Source of the DNA: Selaginella moellendorffii
Taxonomy: Eukaryota > Plantae > Lycopodiophyta
Length of the DNA stretch: 64,000 nt
Reading direction: 5' to 3'
Assembly (NCBI RefSeq): GCF_000143415.4
Contig: NW_003314282.1
Location: forward strand, 531,700-595,699
Shown here: piece by piece, positions 23,339 to 34,649 of the stretch
How the letters are laid out: every line of letters begins with the position of its first letter
How positions within the stretch are numbered: the stretch's first letter is position 1
The notes under the pieces: model-generated
Database searches by the model: none
Told to the model about the DNA's origin: nothing
The model's input: only the letters and a program-made list of their open reading frames with translations
Program-made: the position numbers and the translations under genes

Positions 23339-25186
23339 TTATTTTATAGCAGCCCGAGATAACATGTCAGCCATAATCCTATGATAATGCTCGTTGTTGC
23401 AAAATGATGGAAAGTCAATGCTATTTGAGACAAACTTCCTCATGGCAAAATTTAGAGTTCCCAAGTGACTGCACGAAGTGAAAAACCCAGTAAAAGTTGC
23501 AGCATCAGGATCGAAACCATATATCAATAGCTCCCGGAAGATTTCAGCACAAAGAGATGCAAAATCTGGAACTCGGGAGCAAGCACACACAAGTGCGTTC
23601 CACGACGCCAAATTCTTCTCGGGCATGGTTAAGAATACCTCTATTGCATGCTGGAAAAATCCATTGTAAGAGTAGGCTGAGAGTAGTGCATTCCAGGAGG
23701 CAATATCTTTCCCAGGCATTGTCTGAAAGATCTCTCGAGCAAATTCAACATCCCCGAGCCTGCCAAAACCGGACAAGACAGTGTTCCAAGAGATGATATC
23801 TTGGTCAGGCATTTGAAAGTATAGGATAGCTCTTGCATCTTCAACCTTTCCAGCATTTGCATAAGCTCCAAGCAACATGTTCCACAGAAAGATGGTCTTG
23901 AAAGGTGGCCGTGTGGAATCAAAGGCACACTTGATCTCTTCCAGAGTAGCATTTTGTGCTATAAGTCCCTGTAGCACTGCTCCATACGAGAAAGCATTCT
24001 TTTCCGGCATGGAGTTGAGTAACTCTCGAGCCGACTCTCTCGGGAGAAAAGTTAGAGCCACCGTCGAGGAGACCACATTGTGCCTAGGCATTCTCTGGTA
24101 AAACAAATCTTTGGCCTGCTCAATAAGGTCGTTGTCTCTTAATCCTGCGAGAAGTGCCGTCCATGAGATCATGTTCGCAAATGGCAGAGATCGAAATGCT
24201 TTTTCAGCTTCTTCCATCTCGCCAGCTTCGCCATAAGCCTGAATGATCGAATTCCAGGCAGCCAAGTTCCAAACTGGCATCCTGTTTAGAAGAAATTTCA
24301 CCTGATCGAAATGCCCAATCTGAGCGTATCCTGCTACCATTGTCACCCACGAAACAATGTCCTTTTCCACCATAAAGTCAAACACACTCTCACAAATTTC
24401 AAGTTTACCTTGGCAAATGTAGGTTGATAGAGTAGAATTCCAAGTTACAATATCCCATTCTGGCATCACTGCTCGAGTCTTCTGAAATTCATGCAAATCA
24501 TGGGCATAAGCAGAAAGAAGAATGTTCCACGACTTTACGTTCCAAAGTGGCATTTTCTTAAAGACCTCTTGTGCCCGAGCAGCATCGACGACTTGCGAGA
24601 AACCGAGAAGGATAGAGTTCCAAGAGATGAGGTCTTTACTTTCCCACGGCATTTCGTCAAACAGCGATTCCATCTCTACCACCATTCCGAGATGCGCATA
24701 GGTCTGGAGAAGAGCATTCCAAGAATAAGAGTTATGTTCCGGCATGCCGCAATCAAACGATGTTCTCGCCATGTCAACATGCCCAAAACGGGCATATGCC
24801 GTCACCATTGCCGTCCAGGACACTATATCTCGCTCGTCCATTTTATCAAACACCATTTGAGCAGATTCCAATGAACCGAATTGAGAGTAGGCAGTGATCA
24901 TAACATTCCAACACACGAGATTACGTTCCGGAATCCTGTGATACATCTCTTCTGCCTTATCTAAATGCCCGCTATGGGCATATGCGGTTATCATGGCCGT
25001 CCATGAAACCACATTCCGTTTCGGCATGGAGTCAAACACGAGCTTGGCTTGGTCAACTCTGCCTCTCCTGCCATGGCTCGCGATCTGAGCCGTCAACGCC
25101 ACGAGATTATTTTCCGAAAGGTTGGTGGCGATTTGCCGGTGGAATTCGCAAATGCCGCTACTCCACGTTGGGTCGGTTTTGATCAT
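23339..25186 (-). CDS. PLS-class PPR protein (SS-motif array) truncated at start of E domain
   Basis: Intronless 615 aa; tandem ~31-aa repeats FDxMPxxNVVSWTAMITAYA; ends HYHRIMADMLSRAAIK*. Confidence 0.9.
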   Translation of the reverse strand: MIKTDPTWSSGICEFHRQIATNLSENNLVALTAQIASHGRRGRVDQAKLVFDSMPKRNVVSWTAMITAYAHSGHLDKAEEMYHRIPERNLVCWNVMITAYSQFGSLESAQMVFDKMDERDIVSWTAMVTAYARFGHVDMARTSFDCGMPEHNSYSWNALLQTYAHLGMVVEMESLFDEMPWESKDLISWNSILLGFSQVVDAARAQEVFKKMPLWNVKSWNILLSAYAHDLHEFQKTRAVMPEWDIVTWNSTLSTYICQGKLEICESVFDFMVEKDIVSWVTMVAGYAQIGHFDQVKFLLNRMPVWNLAAWNSIIQAYGEAGEMEEAEKAFRSLPFANMISWTALLAGLRDNDLIEQAKDLFYQRMPRHNVVSSTVALTFLPRESARELLNSMPEKNAFSYGAVLQGLIAQNATLEEIKCAFDSTRPPFKTIFLWNMLLGAYANAGKVEDARAILYFQMPDQDIISWNTVLSGFGRLGDVEFAREIFQTMPGKDIASWNALLSAYSYNGFFQHAIEVFLTMPEKNLASWNALVCACSRVPDFASLCAEIFRELLIYGFDPDAATFTGFFTSCSHLGTLNFAMRKFVSNSIDFPSFCNNEHYHRIMADMLSRAAIK

Positions 25187-25365
25187 ATGACTTTGTGAAA
25201 TCTTTTAAAATAGAAAAGGTTGTGTTGCTTTCGATCGATCCAAACAGGCAAAGACACCCGCAGAGAAGAAAACTCTACAAAGCATGTGAGATCGATCGAT
25301 CAATCGATGGATGGATTGATAGATCAGCACCTCGAAAAGAAGTAAAAAACAAAGAAGGCCAGAAA

Positions 25366-25455
25366 GAAAATCTTGAGGATAGAGAGTCTTCCAGGCAGGC
25401 CTGTACGTAGCTAAAGACGTAGGCTTGCCTGGCATTCCTTGGTTTAGGGTTCTTC
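25366..25455 (+). ncRNA. Candidate miRNA-like hairpin
   Basis: ccaggcaggcc(tg)tacgt - 8-nt loop - acgtaggcttgcctgg core stem with further G:U-rich pairing outward; intergenic. Confidence 0.3.
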
Positions 25456-25757
25456 CAGGACTGACACTGAGAGTAAACAAACCAGTCATATCACACACTC
25501 GAGCTTGAAAGAGAAAGAAAATTTTCATGACTTGACCTTACAAATTCAAATCACACTTTGAGTTGGAGTTGGTGATCTTGTCCAAAAACTATCGTCTTAC
25601 TGGAGTGGATCGCTCGTTTTTTATTCTTTGCCACAATCCTCGATTCTTTCCATTCACACCACACATAGACTATAACTTCTTTGTATTCATCTAAGTTTCC
25701 TATCCAAGAACGATGATCTTCCCACTCGCCAATGCATTTGAGATTGGATTGGATGGA

Positions 25758-26345
25758 TCAGTTCTTGGCCTCGATCGAGGCGGTGAGATTGAGCGCCTTG
25801 GACAGCAGCTCCGACACCTTGGCGGCCTGGCGATCGATGCGCACCACCGCCTTCTTGGTCTGCGCCGACTCGTCGGTGATCTCGTCGTGCAATCCATCCG
25901 TGCACGTCGTGATGTCGGTGAGCGCCGCGCTGAGATTCGTGCGCAGTAGCTCCATCTCCTCCTCCTCCGCGCCGCCGCCGCTTCCGCTGCTACTCTCATT
26001 GCCGCTCTTGTTCTTGGCGCCGTGGAGCTTGACGAGAATGGTCATGGAATCGTCCAGCACCTCCTTGGAGTCCTCCGTGAGATCCATGCAATCCGAGAGG
26101 AGCGCTTGGGTCTTGGAATCGCTGAGGTGGTCGTCGCGCTGGTATTTCTTCACTGTGACTCGCAGCTTGGAGATGGCCAGGCTGCTGGAAACCATCACCT
26201 TTCGCAGCCCCTTGGCGTCCGGCGGCGCCGCTTGATCGTTATCGCCGCCGCCATCGTCCCCAGCGGCCACCAGAGTGGAGCTAGAGCACAAGAGCAGCGC
26301 CACCGCCGCTGGAAACACGAACCAGATCGAGATTTTTGGCTGCAT
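25758..26345 (-). CDS. Secreted PMEI / invertase-inhibitor-like protein
   Basis: Signal peptide MQPKISIWFVFPAAVALLLC; ALLSDCMDLTEDS and LRTNLSAALTDITTCTDG are hallmark PMEI motifs; intronless. Confidence 0.85.
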   Translation of the reverse strand: MQPKISIWFVFPAAVALLLCSSSTLVAAGDDGGGDNDQAAPPDAKGLRKVMVSSSLAISKLRVTVKKYQRDDHLSDSKTQALLSDCMDLTEDSKEVLDDSMTILVKLHGAKNKSGNESSSGSGGGAEEEEMELLRTNLSAALTDITTCTDGLHDEITDESAQTKKAVVRIDRQAAKVSELLSKALNLTASIEAKN

Positions 26346-27240
26346 TGTGTGCCTATCCCTGTCTATCCTATCGAGCGATCGATCGCTCGCCAAGACCACC
26401 ACCCTGCTTGAGAAATCGAGTTCACACCTTAGAGATACCGCCGCTTTTCAAGGATCTGGGAGAGTTTGTTCCAAAGACCACTACTTGTTCGCTTCCAAAG
26501 CGATCTACATAGAATCAAAGCTCGTAAGCTTCAAGCTTGGATCGATTGGAATGGATGGATGCGTAGAAGGAGTGGACCACTCAACCAAGACTCGCCAAGA
26601 TCGATCTCTCTCAGTCGCTCCTTTTCTTGTTTGTCTCTCGCTTTTGGTTCTCGCCAAGGAGGAAGAAGAAGAAAAAAAAGAAGAAGAAGGGAAAGGTCTT
26701 CTCGAACAACAAAACCACGCCCTCTGGCCACAATGTGGTGTGTACAAACGGACCCACTTCCCAACAAACACGCTCCAGTGGATCCCAGCCGTTGGATCGC
26801 CAGGCATGGGAGCTTCTCCCCAAAGTTACTCTGGCTGGAGCGAAATAAAAAAAGTTGAAAGTTTCAGGGGTGAAAAGTTTGCCTTCGTTTCGTTGCGTTT
26901 GTTTGCTTGCATTGTTCCTTACTTCTGTTGCAACCACCACTACTATGATAGGTGAGAAAGGTAAGAAAAATGTGATAAGGTGGTGGTGGTAATCTTAAAG
27001 GTGGTGGTGGTAATAATGTTAAAATCTTGCAAGTATGCGATTCCCATCCAGCCATTATAGTTCGTTGGTGGTGGAGGCTAGTGGGTCTTAAAATTGTTTG
27101 GACAGCTCCAAGGTTTGGAACGTGATAGATTGAGTGACAATCTCGTACGGTTCTAACAGAAGCACGCTGTACGGGACCACCTCACAAAACAAACGTGGAT
27201 TAGCATTGACACTGGATTAGTGGAAAGCGTTTTGCAAGTG

Positions 27241-27273
27241 GCCACGTAGCATCAACACGTGCCGCGCATGCAC
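27241..27273 (+). promoter_or_regulatory. ABRE/G-box pair plus RY element
   Basis: gccacgta, acacgtgc and catgca within 33 bp upstream of the 27466 gene. Confidence 0.45.
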
Positions 27274-27465
27274 AGGCGCCACCATAGCTGCCTTCTCTTC
27301 GTTTTCTTCATCGCTATCTCTTCTCCATACCTGGGAGGAACATCATCAAGTGTAAGTAGCGCGCGCGCGCGAGAGAGACGAAGAAGGAAGATCAAGGGAG
27401 CGTCGAGCGTGGAGAAATTTACCTCTTCAAGGCGAGTTTCGATTTTTTTTTCTGTGTAGCAAGCT

Positions 27466-27889
27466 ATGTCTTCCGCCGGAGGTGAGGAGCGTCAATCCTA
27501 TGCTGCCGCTGCCAAGAAGCCAGCCAAAGTCGAGGATAGTGATAGCCTTGCCTCCGACATAGCCAAGAGGAAGACTGGAGATCCGGGAGCTTACGAGCGA
27601 GTGTCGTCGAAAGGTCCCAGCTACGAATCCTCGTTGCCGGAGGTTAGTTCTGGATGGTTTTCCTTCCCTGTTCTTGGTTAGGAAAGTGATCGATTCCTCT
27701 GTCCCCTTGATCTTCCAGGATAAAGAACCTGCTGCCAAAGAACCCCCCTCCGCTGACAAGCTGAAGAAGCCACTGATCATTACTGGCGTTGTTCTCGCTC
27801 TAGTGGGTGCGTTCATTGCGCTGGTTGTCAAGTCCTCCAAGGATGAAACCAGCAGCAGCACTAACAGTGACACAAGCCGAGTCGATTGA
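27466..27889 (+). CDS. Small hydrophilic protein with a single C-terminal TM helix (115 aa)
   Basis: Exons 27466-27642 and 27719-27889 (phase 0); TM LIITGVVLALVGAFIALVV; probable 5'UTR intron 27352-27459. Confidence 0.75.
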
Positions 27890-28448
27890 TTTTTAAATGG
27901 ATGATGTCCTCTCTGCCTCACCTTACGCTGTGTACAAAGTTGCCTTTGCTCTGACAGCACCCAGTCTATCACTCGTTGGCTGTCGGCCATGCCCGACTTA
28001 CAGTATCATACATTCATGTTCTGTTTTCTTCGCATTCCATTTCGTCTTCCTCTACAGTAATATAAGTTAGTGCGCCATCGAAGACTCGCCAGACTAGCTA
28101 CTTACCTGCGCTCCAAGCGCTCCAAGTGCGACTGGTTAAATCCAACTGTAAGACTCAAAGTTAGTTTCTAAGAACTACAAACCGTAGTAGAATACACACC
28201 TGTTTGTTCAAACTGTAGAGAAGAAAAGTCTGTCCTGACCACCACCGTGTCCGTGCGTGGCTTGAATGCGCGTTTCCAGAAAGATTTCCATACAAAGGCG
28301 CAGCAGGCCCATGCCACATGGGACGATCTAAAAAGTCAGAAAGATGAAAAGACACAAATCCACAAAAAGCCATGGCAGAAGCGGAAACCTTGCAAAAGCC
28401 TGCTAGAAGAGCTGAAAATTCTGGTATTTCGTGACTAACCTTGGTACA

Positions 28449-31030
28449 CTACCCGACCGTTGTCTCCAGTAGGCGCCGTCCGAGCGAAAGGCCGGCTTTC
28501 ATGCCATCAACAGCGGCACTCACAATCCCACCGGCATAGCCAGCGCCTTCACCAACTGGATACAACCCTTGTATAGAGACGCTCTCGCAAGTCTCTGCAT
28601 GTCGCTCTATCCTTACGGGCGAGCTCGTCCTTGTCTGCAATAACAAAGTATTATTACTTTCGAGGACGTGCGTTTTCAAAGAAAAGCTACTTACCTCCAC
28701 TCCATGAAGAAGCGCCCGGCTGTCGATAAAGCCATGCAGCTGCAAGAGTCGTAGACTCGTGTCAGTACCAAAACTCGAAAGACCAACCAAGCGGAGAAAT
28801 GTAGCGAAGAACCTGCTGGTTGAACTTTTCAGTCGCGTTCTTTAAAACCGCTGTCAAATATCCAGGGAGCAGCTCGTGGAGGGGAGCTTCTCGAACGCCT
28901 AGTCTATAGCTGGATGTTGGAAGCTCGTTGCCTGCAAAGAATAGATGTAAAAGTAACGCTTGTTGTAGTTTTAGTACCTGCAATCTTATCATCCAGGAAA
29001 TCTTTCAATGTCTGAGCAGGCACAACAAAATCTCCACCTCCTAGGAGTGCTGCATCCCTCTCTATCGCTCTCTGCGGTTTGGAATCTAGATACAAAGCCT
29101 TATAGGTAATGTCACGCTACCTGAAATGCAACACCAGCAAGAGACCCATGCCCGTCCCTGAAAGGCTCCACATCTTTTGACGTTACGTTGACGACGAGAG
29201 CGGCATTTGCCCACTTGGATGCACGTTTCGAGAAGGACATCCCGTTAATACAAAGATGCAGCGGGTCCGTGCTAGTTGGAACGATCTGGAGAGAACAAAA
29301 GGTGAGAAGAGAAAGCATGGAAAATCAAAGCTCAACCTGGCCACCGGGACACATGCAAAAAGAGTAGCACGAGCGGAGCTCGTCGGAATTTATCGAAGCA
29401 GCAACCTTGTAGTCGGCCACAGGGACTTTTCCTTTGCCACTTTGAACTTGAGATGCCCATGCACGATACTGTGATAAAGGTTGTTTTGTTTAGAAAGTAA
29501 ATGGCTCATGTTATTGTTTTCTTTACCCGCATTTGGTTTACCAGCTCCTGGGGATGTTCAACACGCAAACCAACCTGTTACATAAAAAACCACTGCGTCA
29601 ATCGCATCGAGACAAAAATAAAAAAGGATTGTAAGAAACACGCGGCTTACAGCAAAATCTTTGGCAGACAGCAACACGCCATGAGATAATAGCATCTCAT
29701 ACGTGTTCCGGGCGGAATGGCCGACAGCAAGAACAAGAGCATCGCAACTAAGAGTTGCCGTCGTAGTTTTCTCCAAGTCGGTGACTTGTATACCACTCAC
29801 CCGACCATTTCGTATCACAATATCTTCCATTCTAGTTCCAAACATTAGCTCAACCTGCATTGATGTGATAAAAGACGCATACAATGAACCAAGCTTACCC
29901 CCAGTGTCTTCAAGTGATTACGAAGGCCACGGAGAATGTGGACAAGCTTATCAGTTCCGATGTGTGGTTTTCCTTCAACGAGTATACCATCTGATGCTCC
30001 AAAGCGAACAAGTGTTTTGAGCACCTGTCATGTCCATGAATAAGAAAGGAAGAAGGGAGAAAGAGAAATAGTCACTACCGTCTGAACGTCTTCACTGTTT
30101 TTTCCAATCCTTGTTGTAAGCTTTCCATCACTCCACGTACCTGCGCCTCCCTAAAGTTTATACTGCGTCCATCATCAAGAAACCACGATAAATATGATTT
30201 ATACCTCTCCGTAGCAAAAATTGCTGTCTTCCTTTAAAATGCGCCTCACCATGAGGCTTCCAATGTGCCGGCCTCGGGTCTCCACCGGATAACCTCTCTC
30301 CACCAATGTCACTTGCACTCCCATTTCAGCCAGTGCCAGTGCCGCAAAAAGACCGGCTGGTCCACTTCCAACGACCAAAACTCTTGTTTTGGAGCTGTGG
30401 TGAGATGGAAAACCTTTCCCACCAAGTTGAGCCATCTCCACCAAGTCCATTGCAGCTGCTCCACGTTTGAGAAACTCGACGACACCGGGATCCTGCTTCA
30501 TCCTTGACAGGAAACTCCAGCTTCTAGGCTGCTCGGACACCAATCTGGTGACATTCAAGTCCACAGTGTACACAAATCTTGGCTCCTGCAGATAACAGCA
30601 AATCCAAAAGGTAAACATTAGGCAAAAAGCTTGAATAAAGCTAGAATAAACAATCACCCTGCGTGCGTCGAAAGACTTGCGCACTACTGACAGTGCATCC
30701 CGAGACAAATGGGCTGACTGACAATGTAATCAATCACAAACAAAAAAAAAAAAAATATGAAAAGAAAAGATCAGCAGAGAGAAAGAAGGAAAGAATATGA
30801 AAAGGAGAAAAAAAATCAGCAGTTACCTTGCAACCAATGCGTTTGCTAAGAACTTGAAGAAGGCCTGGAGAAATATCATAGCAGTCCTTCCCGGGATCAT
30901 TCTCCACAGCCACCTCCAATCTGGAAAACCTCCAGACCCCAAGCTTGGAGTTCTTCACGCTGCCTGTAACCACACTCGAGAGAAAAGTGTGCTGTTGCAA
31001 GGAGCAAGAAACACCCAAGAGCAGCACCAT
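28449..31030 (-). CDS. FAD/NAD(P)-binding oxidoreductase (At4g30720/PDE327-like), multi-exon
   Basis: RKSFDAR, VVGSGPAGLFAA, GEGGAGTWSDGKL, AVGHSAR, YSFCMCPGG, NGMSFSKR, TRTSSPVRI and GEGAGYAGGIVSAAVDG in order across GT-AG introns. Confidence 0.93.
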
Positions 31031-31190
31031 AGGATTCTATCTACAGACCCAACACCAGGATAGTATTTTCCAAGGATTTCATTGATGCGAGAAGACCACA
31101 GCCAAGGCAACGCTGCAGCATAGACAATACATAGGAACCAGGCACACACACCATACCATGCCAGGCAGCTTAAAAGGATATGAGCCCACC

Positions 31191-31619
31191 CTAGCCTGTT
31201 CTAAGGATAATGTGAGCTCCACTGTCAGAGTCGACAATGCCGCTCAATTCTCCCACCTTGAGACTATACGTGGCCTCCTCGAAAGATTTTTGCATCTGCC
31301 CTCGACCAAACCATCCTGGAATCGAGAAGAAACCATTGTATCACGAAGAACAATGAGGTAAAAAGCGCTAACCGAGATCGCCGCCACGCTTGGCCGACGA
31401 GCAATCCGAGAGCTGCGTCGCAAGATCGCTGAATTTGGCGCGGCCGCTGAGAATTTCGTCGCGGATGTGCTCGAGCTTGGCGACCGCCTGCTCGTGCGTC
31501 GTGTTCTGGATCACCAGGCCCTCGGGATCGCGCCACGACGCCGGGCGCCGCGATCCCTGATGCTTCACCAGCAAGTGGCTCGCGCGGACCTTGCCGCCGC
31601 TACCGCCATCGCGCTCCAT
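31191..31619 (-). CDS. PIN1: Pin1-type parvulin peptidyl-prolyl isomerase without WW domain (123 aa)
   Basis: Exons 31619-31373 and 31315-31191; [32 protein letters not shown]|[19 protein letters not shown]. Confidence 0.96.
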
Positions 31620-31687
31620 CCCTGCGCCTCGCGATCGATCACACAGCCACAGGCACGAATGAAAACCCTAGCGCCAAGAACACAACG

Positions 31688-33859
31688 ATGATTCTTAGTG
31701 CCACTGCTCCTAGTACCTCGAGGAGCGATATTTCGAGCGATATTTCGCCATGGCGATCGATCGAGGAGGAGCACGATGCCGTGGTCAGCTGGACCAGGAA
31801 GATCGCCGCCGCCGCGACGATCTCGCCAAGCGCCGGGATCACGCGCTTCCAGCAAATGCAGCACTGCGGGATCAAGCCCGACAAGGTGACCTTCCTCACA
31901 CTGCTCAACCTGTGCGCCAAGCCGGGCGGCCTGGATCACGGCCGCGCGATCCACCGCCTCCTCCTCCTCCACATCGCCGCCACGGATCGCGACCTCGACC
32001 TCCCGCTCGCCAACGCCGCCGCAGACATGTACTGCAAGAATGGCCGCCTCGACGAGGGCCGCGGCGTCTTTGAGGCTCTCAAGCACCGCGGCGACGTGAT
32101 CTCCTGGAACGCGATGATCACCGCCTATGCCCAGCACGGGCATCCCCGGGAAGCTCTTCATCTCTTCCACGCCATGGAGCTCCACGGCATCGCCCCAGAC
32201 GCTGTCACTTACACGCTCCTCCTCAGTAGCATCATCGCCAGCCAAGATCTTCGCTCCAGCTCCAGCGCCAGCTCCGTGGAGTTCTTCCACGATCGGATCC
32301 GCCGGGATGGACTGGAGCTCGACTTGATCGTTGGAACCGGGCTCGTCAACCTGTATGCCCACCTTGGGCATATGAGCGCGGCCGCCGCCATCTTTGCCAA
32401 GCTCGTTGGATCTTCCTCCTCCGGCGGTGGAGATGTGGTTCTCTGGACGACCATGATCGGAATTTACGCCCAGCGCGGCGAGACGAGCGCTTCTCTCCAC
32501 CACTTTCGGACGATGCAGCTCCACGGCGTGAGGCCCAACCGAGTAACTTTCATCACCGTCTTGACTGCCTGTTCTTCCCCTGCGTGGTTACCAGTCGGGA
32601 TCTGGATCCATCGCCACCACCACCACCGCCGGCAATCCTCTCGGCTCGAGACCAGCATGGGAAACGCGCTGATGAGCATGTATATCAAGTGTGGCGAGCT
32701 GCGAGCCGGGAAGAGAGTCTTCGACGAGATGGAGCGGCAGCGGGACGTGATCTCCTGGAACACCATCATCGCCGGGTATGCTGCCGAGGAGCAGCAGCAG
32801 CTTGTCAAAGCCTTTGAGATCCTGTGGGAGATGCTGCAAGACGGTGCCACCAAGCCGGACTGTATCACCATCGTGACGCTGCTCAACGCTTGCAACAAGC
32901 CGGCACTGCTCGAGCACGGGAAGTTCCTCCACTCACTCGTCCCCGACTGTGGCGTCGCTGTGGATCCTGTGCTCTTCAACGCTCTCATCCATATGTACGC
33001 CAAGTGTGGGAGCTTGGAAGCAGCGTCGCAGATGTTCCAGCAGCAGCAGCGTCAGACCGAGGCCTCGGTGTGGGGAGCGATGATCATCGCATTGTCGCAG
33101 CAAGGACTCCACCGGCAAGCCATCCAACTCTTCCAGCGGATGCAGCAGGAGGGAGTGAAACCGGACAAAGTTGCCTTCACTGCTGCTCTCGATTCGGCCG
33201 CCACTGCTCTCGACGACTCCTCCGCGGCTTCCACCGCCAGAGGCTTCCACGCACAGGCTCTTGAGAGCGGTCTCTTGCAAGGCAACGCTGTCGTAGCCAC
33301 CGCGTTGATAAATCTTCTCGGCAACACCGGAGCTATGGCCGAAGCATACACCGTCTTCACCAACGTCGTCGAGCGGGACATCGTTTGCTGGAACGCGATG
33401 ATGTCCGTCTATGCGCAGCACGGCCATACCACCCGAGCTCTCGACCTCTTCCAAGAGTTGCAGCACCAAGGCATGGGTCCCAACGACGTCACCTTCGTCA
33501 GCTTGCTCTCCCTGTGCAGCCATGCCGGACTTTTGGACGCGGGAATCCAGTGCTTCCTGTCGATGACCATCGATCACAGCCTTCAGGTGCTCACCCCGGA
33601 GCTCACAGGCTGTGTCATTGATCTCTTTGCTCGAGTTGGAAGGCTGGCCGATGCGCACGACTTCATTGGGAGGATGCCGCGGGAGCAAGCTCGAGTCATC
33701 CAGTGGATGTCGCTGATGTGTGCTTCCAGAGTCCAAGGGGATTTGGAGCTAAGTGGCTGCGCTGCCAAGGAAGTCTTGGAGCTTGATCCTAGCAACCCAG
33801 CTGCGTATGTCGCATTGTCCAACCGGCAATCCACCTATGCTGTTCTAGCGACGACGTAA
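31688..33859 (+). CDS. PLS-class PPR protein with E1/E2, no DYW
   Basis: Intronless 723 aa, P-L-S triplets, ends ELDPSNPAAYVALSN. Confidence 0.92.
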   Translation: MILSATAPSTSRSDISSDISPWRSIEEEHDAVVSWTRKIAAAATISPSAGITRFQQMQHCGIKPDKVTFLTLLNLCAKPGGLDHGRAIHRLLLLHIAATDRDLDLPLANAAADMYCKNGRLDEGRGVFEALKHRGDVISWNAMITAYAQHGHPREALHLFHAMELHGIAPDAVTYTLLLSSIIASQDLRSSSSASSVEFFHDRIRRDGLELDLIVGTGLVNLYAHLGHMSAAAAIFAKLVGSSSSGGGDVVLWTTMIGIYAQRGETSASLHHFRTMQLHGVRPNRVTFITVLTACSSPAWLPVGIWIHRHHHHRRQSSRLETSMGNALMSMYIKCGELRAGKRVFDEMERQRDVISWNTIIAGYAAEEQQQLVKAFEILWEMLQDGATKPDCITIVTLLNACNKPALLEHGKFLHSLVPDCGVAVDPVLFNALIHMYAKCGSLEAASQMFQQQQRQTEASVWGAMIIALSQQGLHRQAIQLFQRMQQEGVKPDKVAFTAALDSAATALDDSSAASTARGFHAQALESGLLQGNAVVATALINLLGNTGAMAEAYTVFTNVVERDIVCWNAMMSVYAQHGHTTRALDLFQELQHQGMGPNDVTFVSLLSLCSHAGLLDAGIQCFLSMTIDHSLQVLTPELTGCVIDLFARVGRLADAHDFIGRMPREQARVIQWMSLMCASRVQGDLELSGCAAKEVLELDPSNPAAYVALSNRQSTYAVLATT

Positions 33860-34268
33860 GTTTGTCTGATAAAAAAAGAGAAGAGACTGGTCAGGTCAGG
33901 CAAAGAAAAAAATCCCAGAACTCTTACGTTTGTTCGCTCACAAGCTATTGTATAGTGTCTGTCAGACATGAAAAACTCCACGTCAGTGGCATATAAGGAG
34001 AAGAACAAAATGTAGTTTACCGATTAAAAGATCATTCTTTGCGTGGGAAGAACAATGATCTTCCTTCTCGAACAACAATCTATCAGTCATTCACAAGAGA
34101 AGATAAACGATGGAATCTTACTTTAACACGATCGATCGAGAATTCCTCTTTCCCCGCTTAACGACCAATCCAGTTGATATCCACAAGTTAATAAAAAAAC
34201 ATACAGCGATTCCTTCTTTCCTTTTACGTTAGGCAGTCGAAGATCTTCGTGATCTCGACCGATCTCCT

Positions 34269-34624
34269 TTACATCGTCGACTGCTGGAACACTACATCAC
34301 TCCACTGAGGATTTCGCGGCAGAAACGTTTCCTGGGGTGAGAGAGAGTCGATCGATTAAGCTACGAAAAGAAAGAACCCCAGGACAATCTCACCGAAATG
34401 TAGCTACAAGTCGGAATGACTCGAAATCCCTGCTTCCTGGCACAATCAAACGCGGCCTCGCACAGCTGCGCCGCGATCCCCTGCCCGCGCTTGCTCGGTG
34501 GGACATAGGTGTGCTCCAGATCGATCAGATCCGCCGATCCATCCTTCTTCTTGCTGTAGCTGAGGTACGCGGCGCCATCGGGCGTCCGGAAGCGCAGGGC
34601 CGCCTCGTCCCACACCACCGCCAT
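34269..34624 (-). CDS. Minimal GNAT acetyltransferase (At1g77540/YjdJ-like)
   Basis: Exons 34624-34394 and 34331-34269; DLEHTYVPPSKRGQGIAAQLC..VIPTCSYIS|ETFLPRNP. Confidence 0.92.
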
Positions 34625-34649
34625 AGCGCCCACCTAGAGCCCTAGAAAA

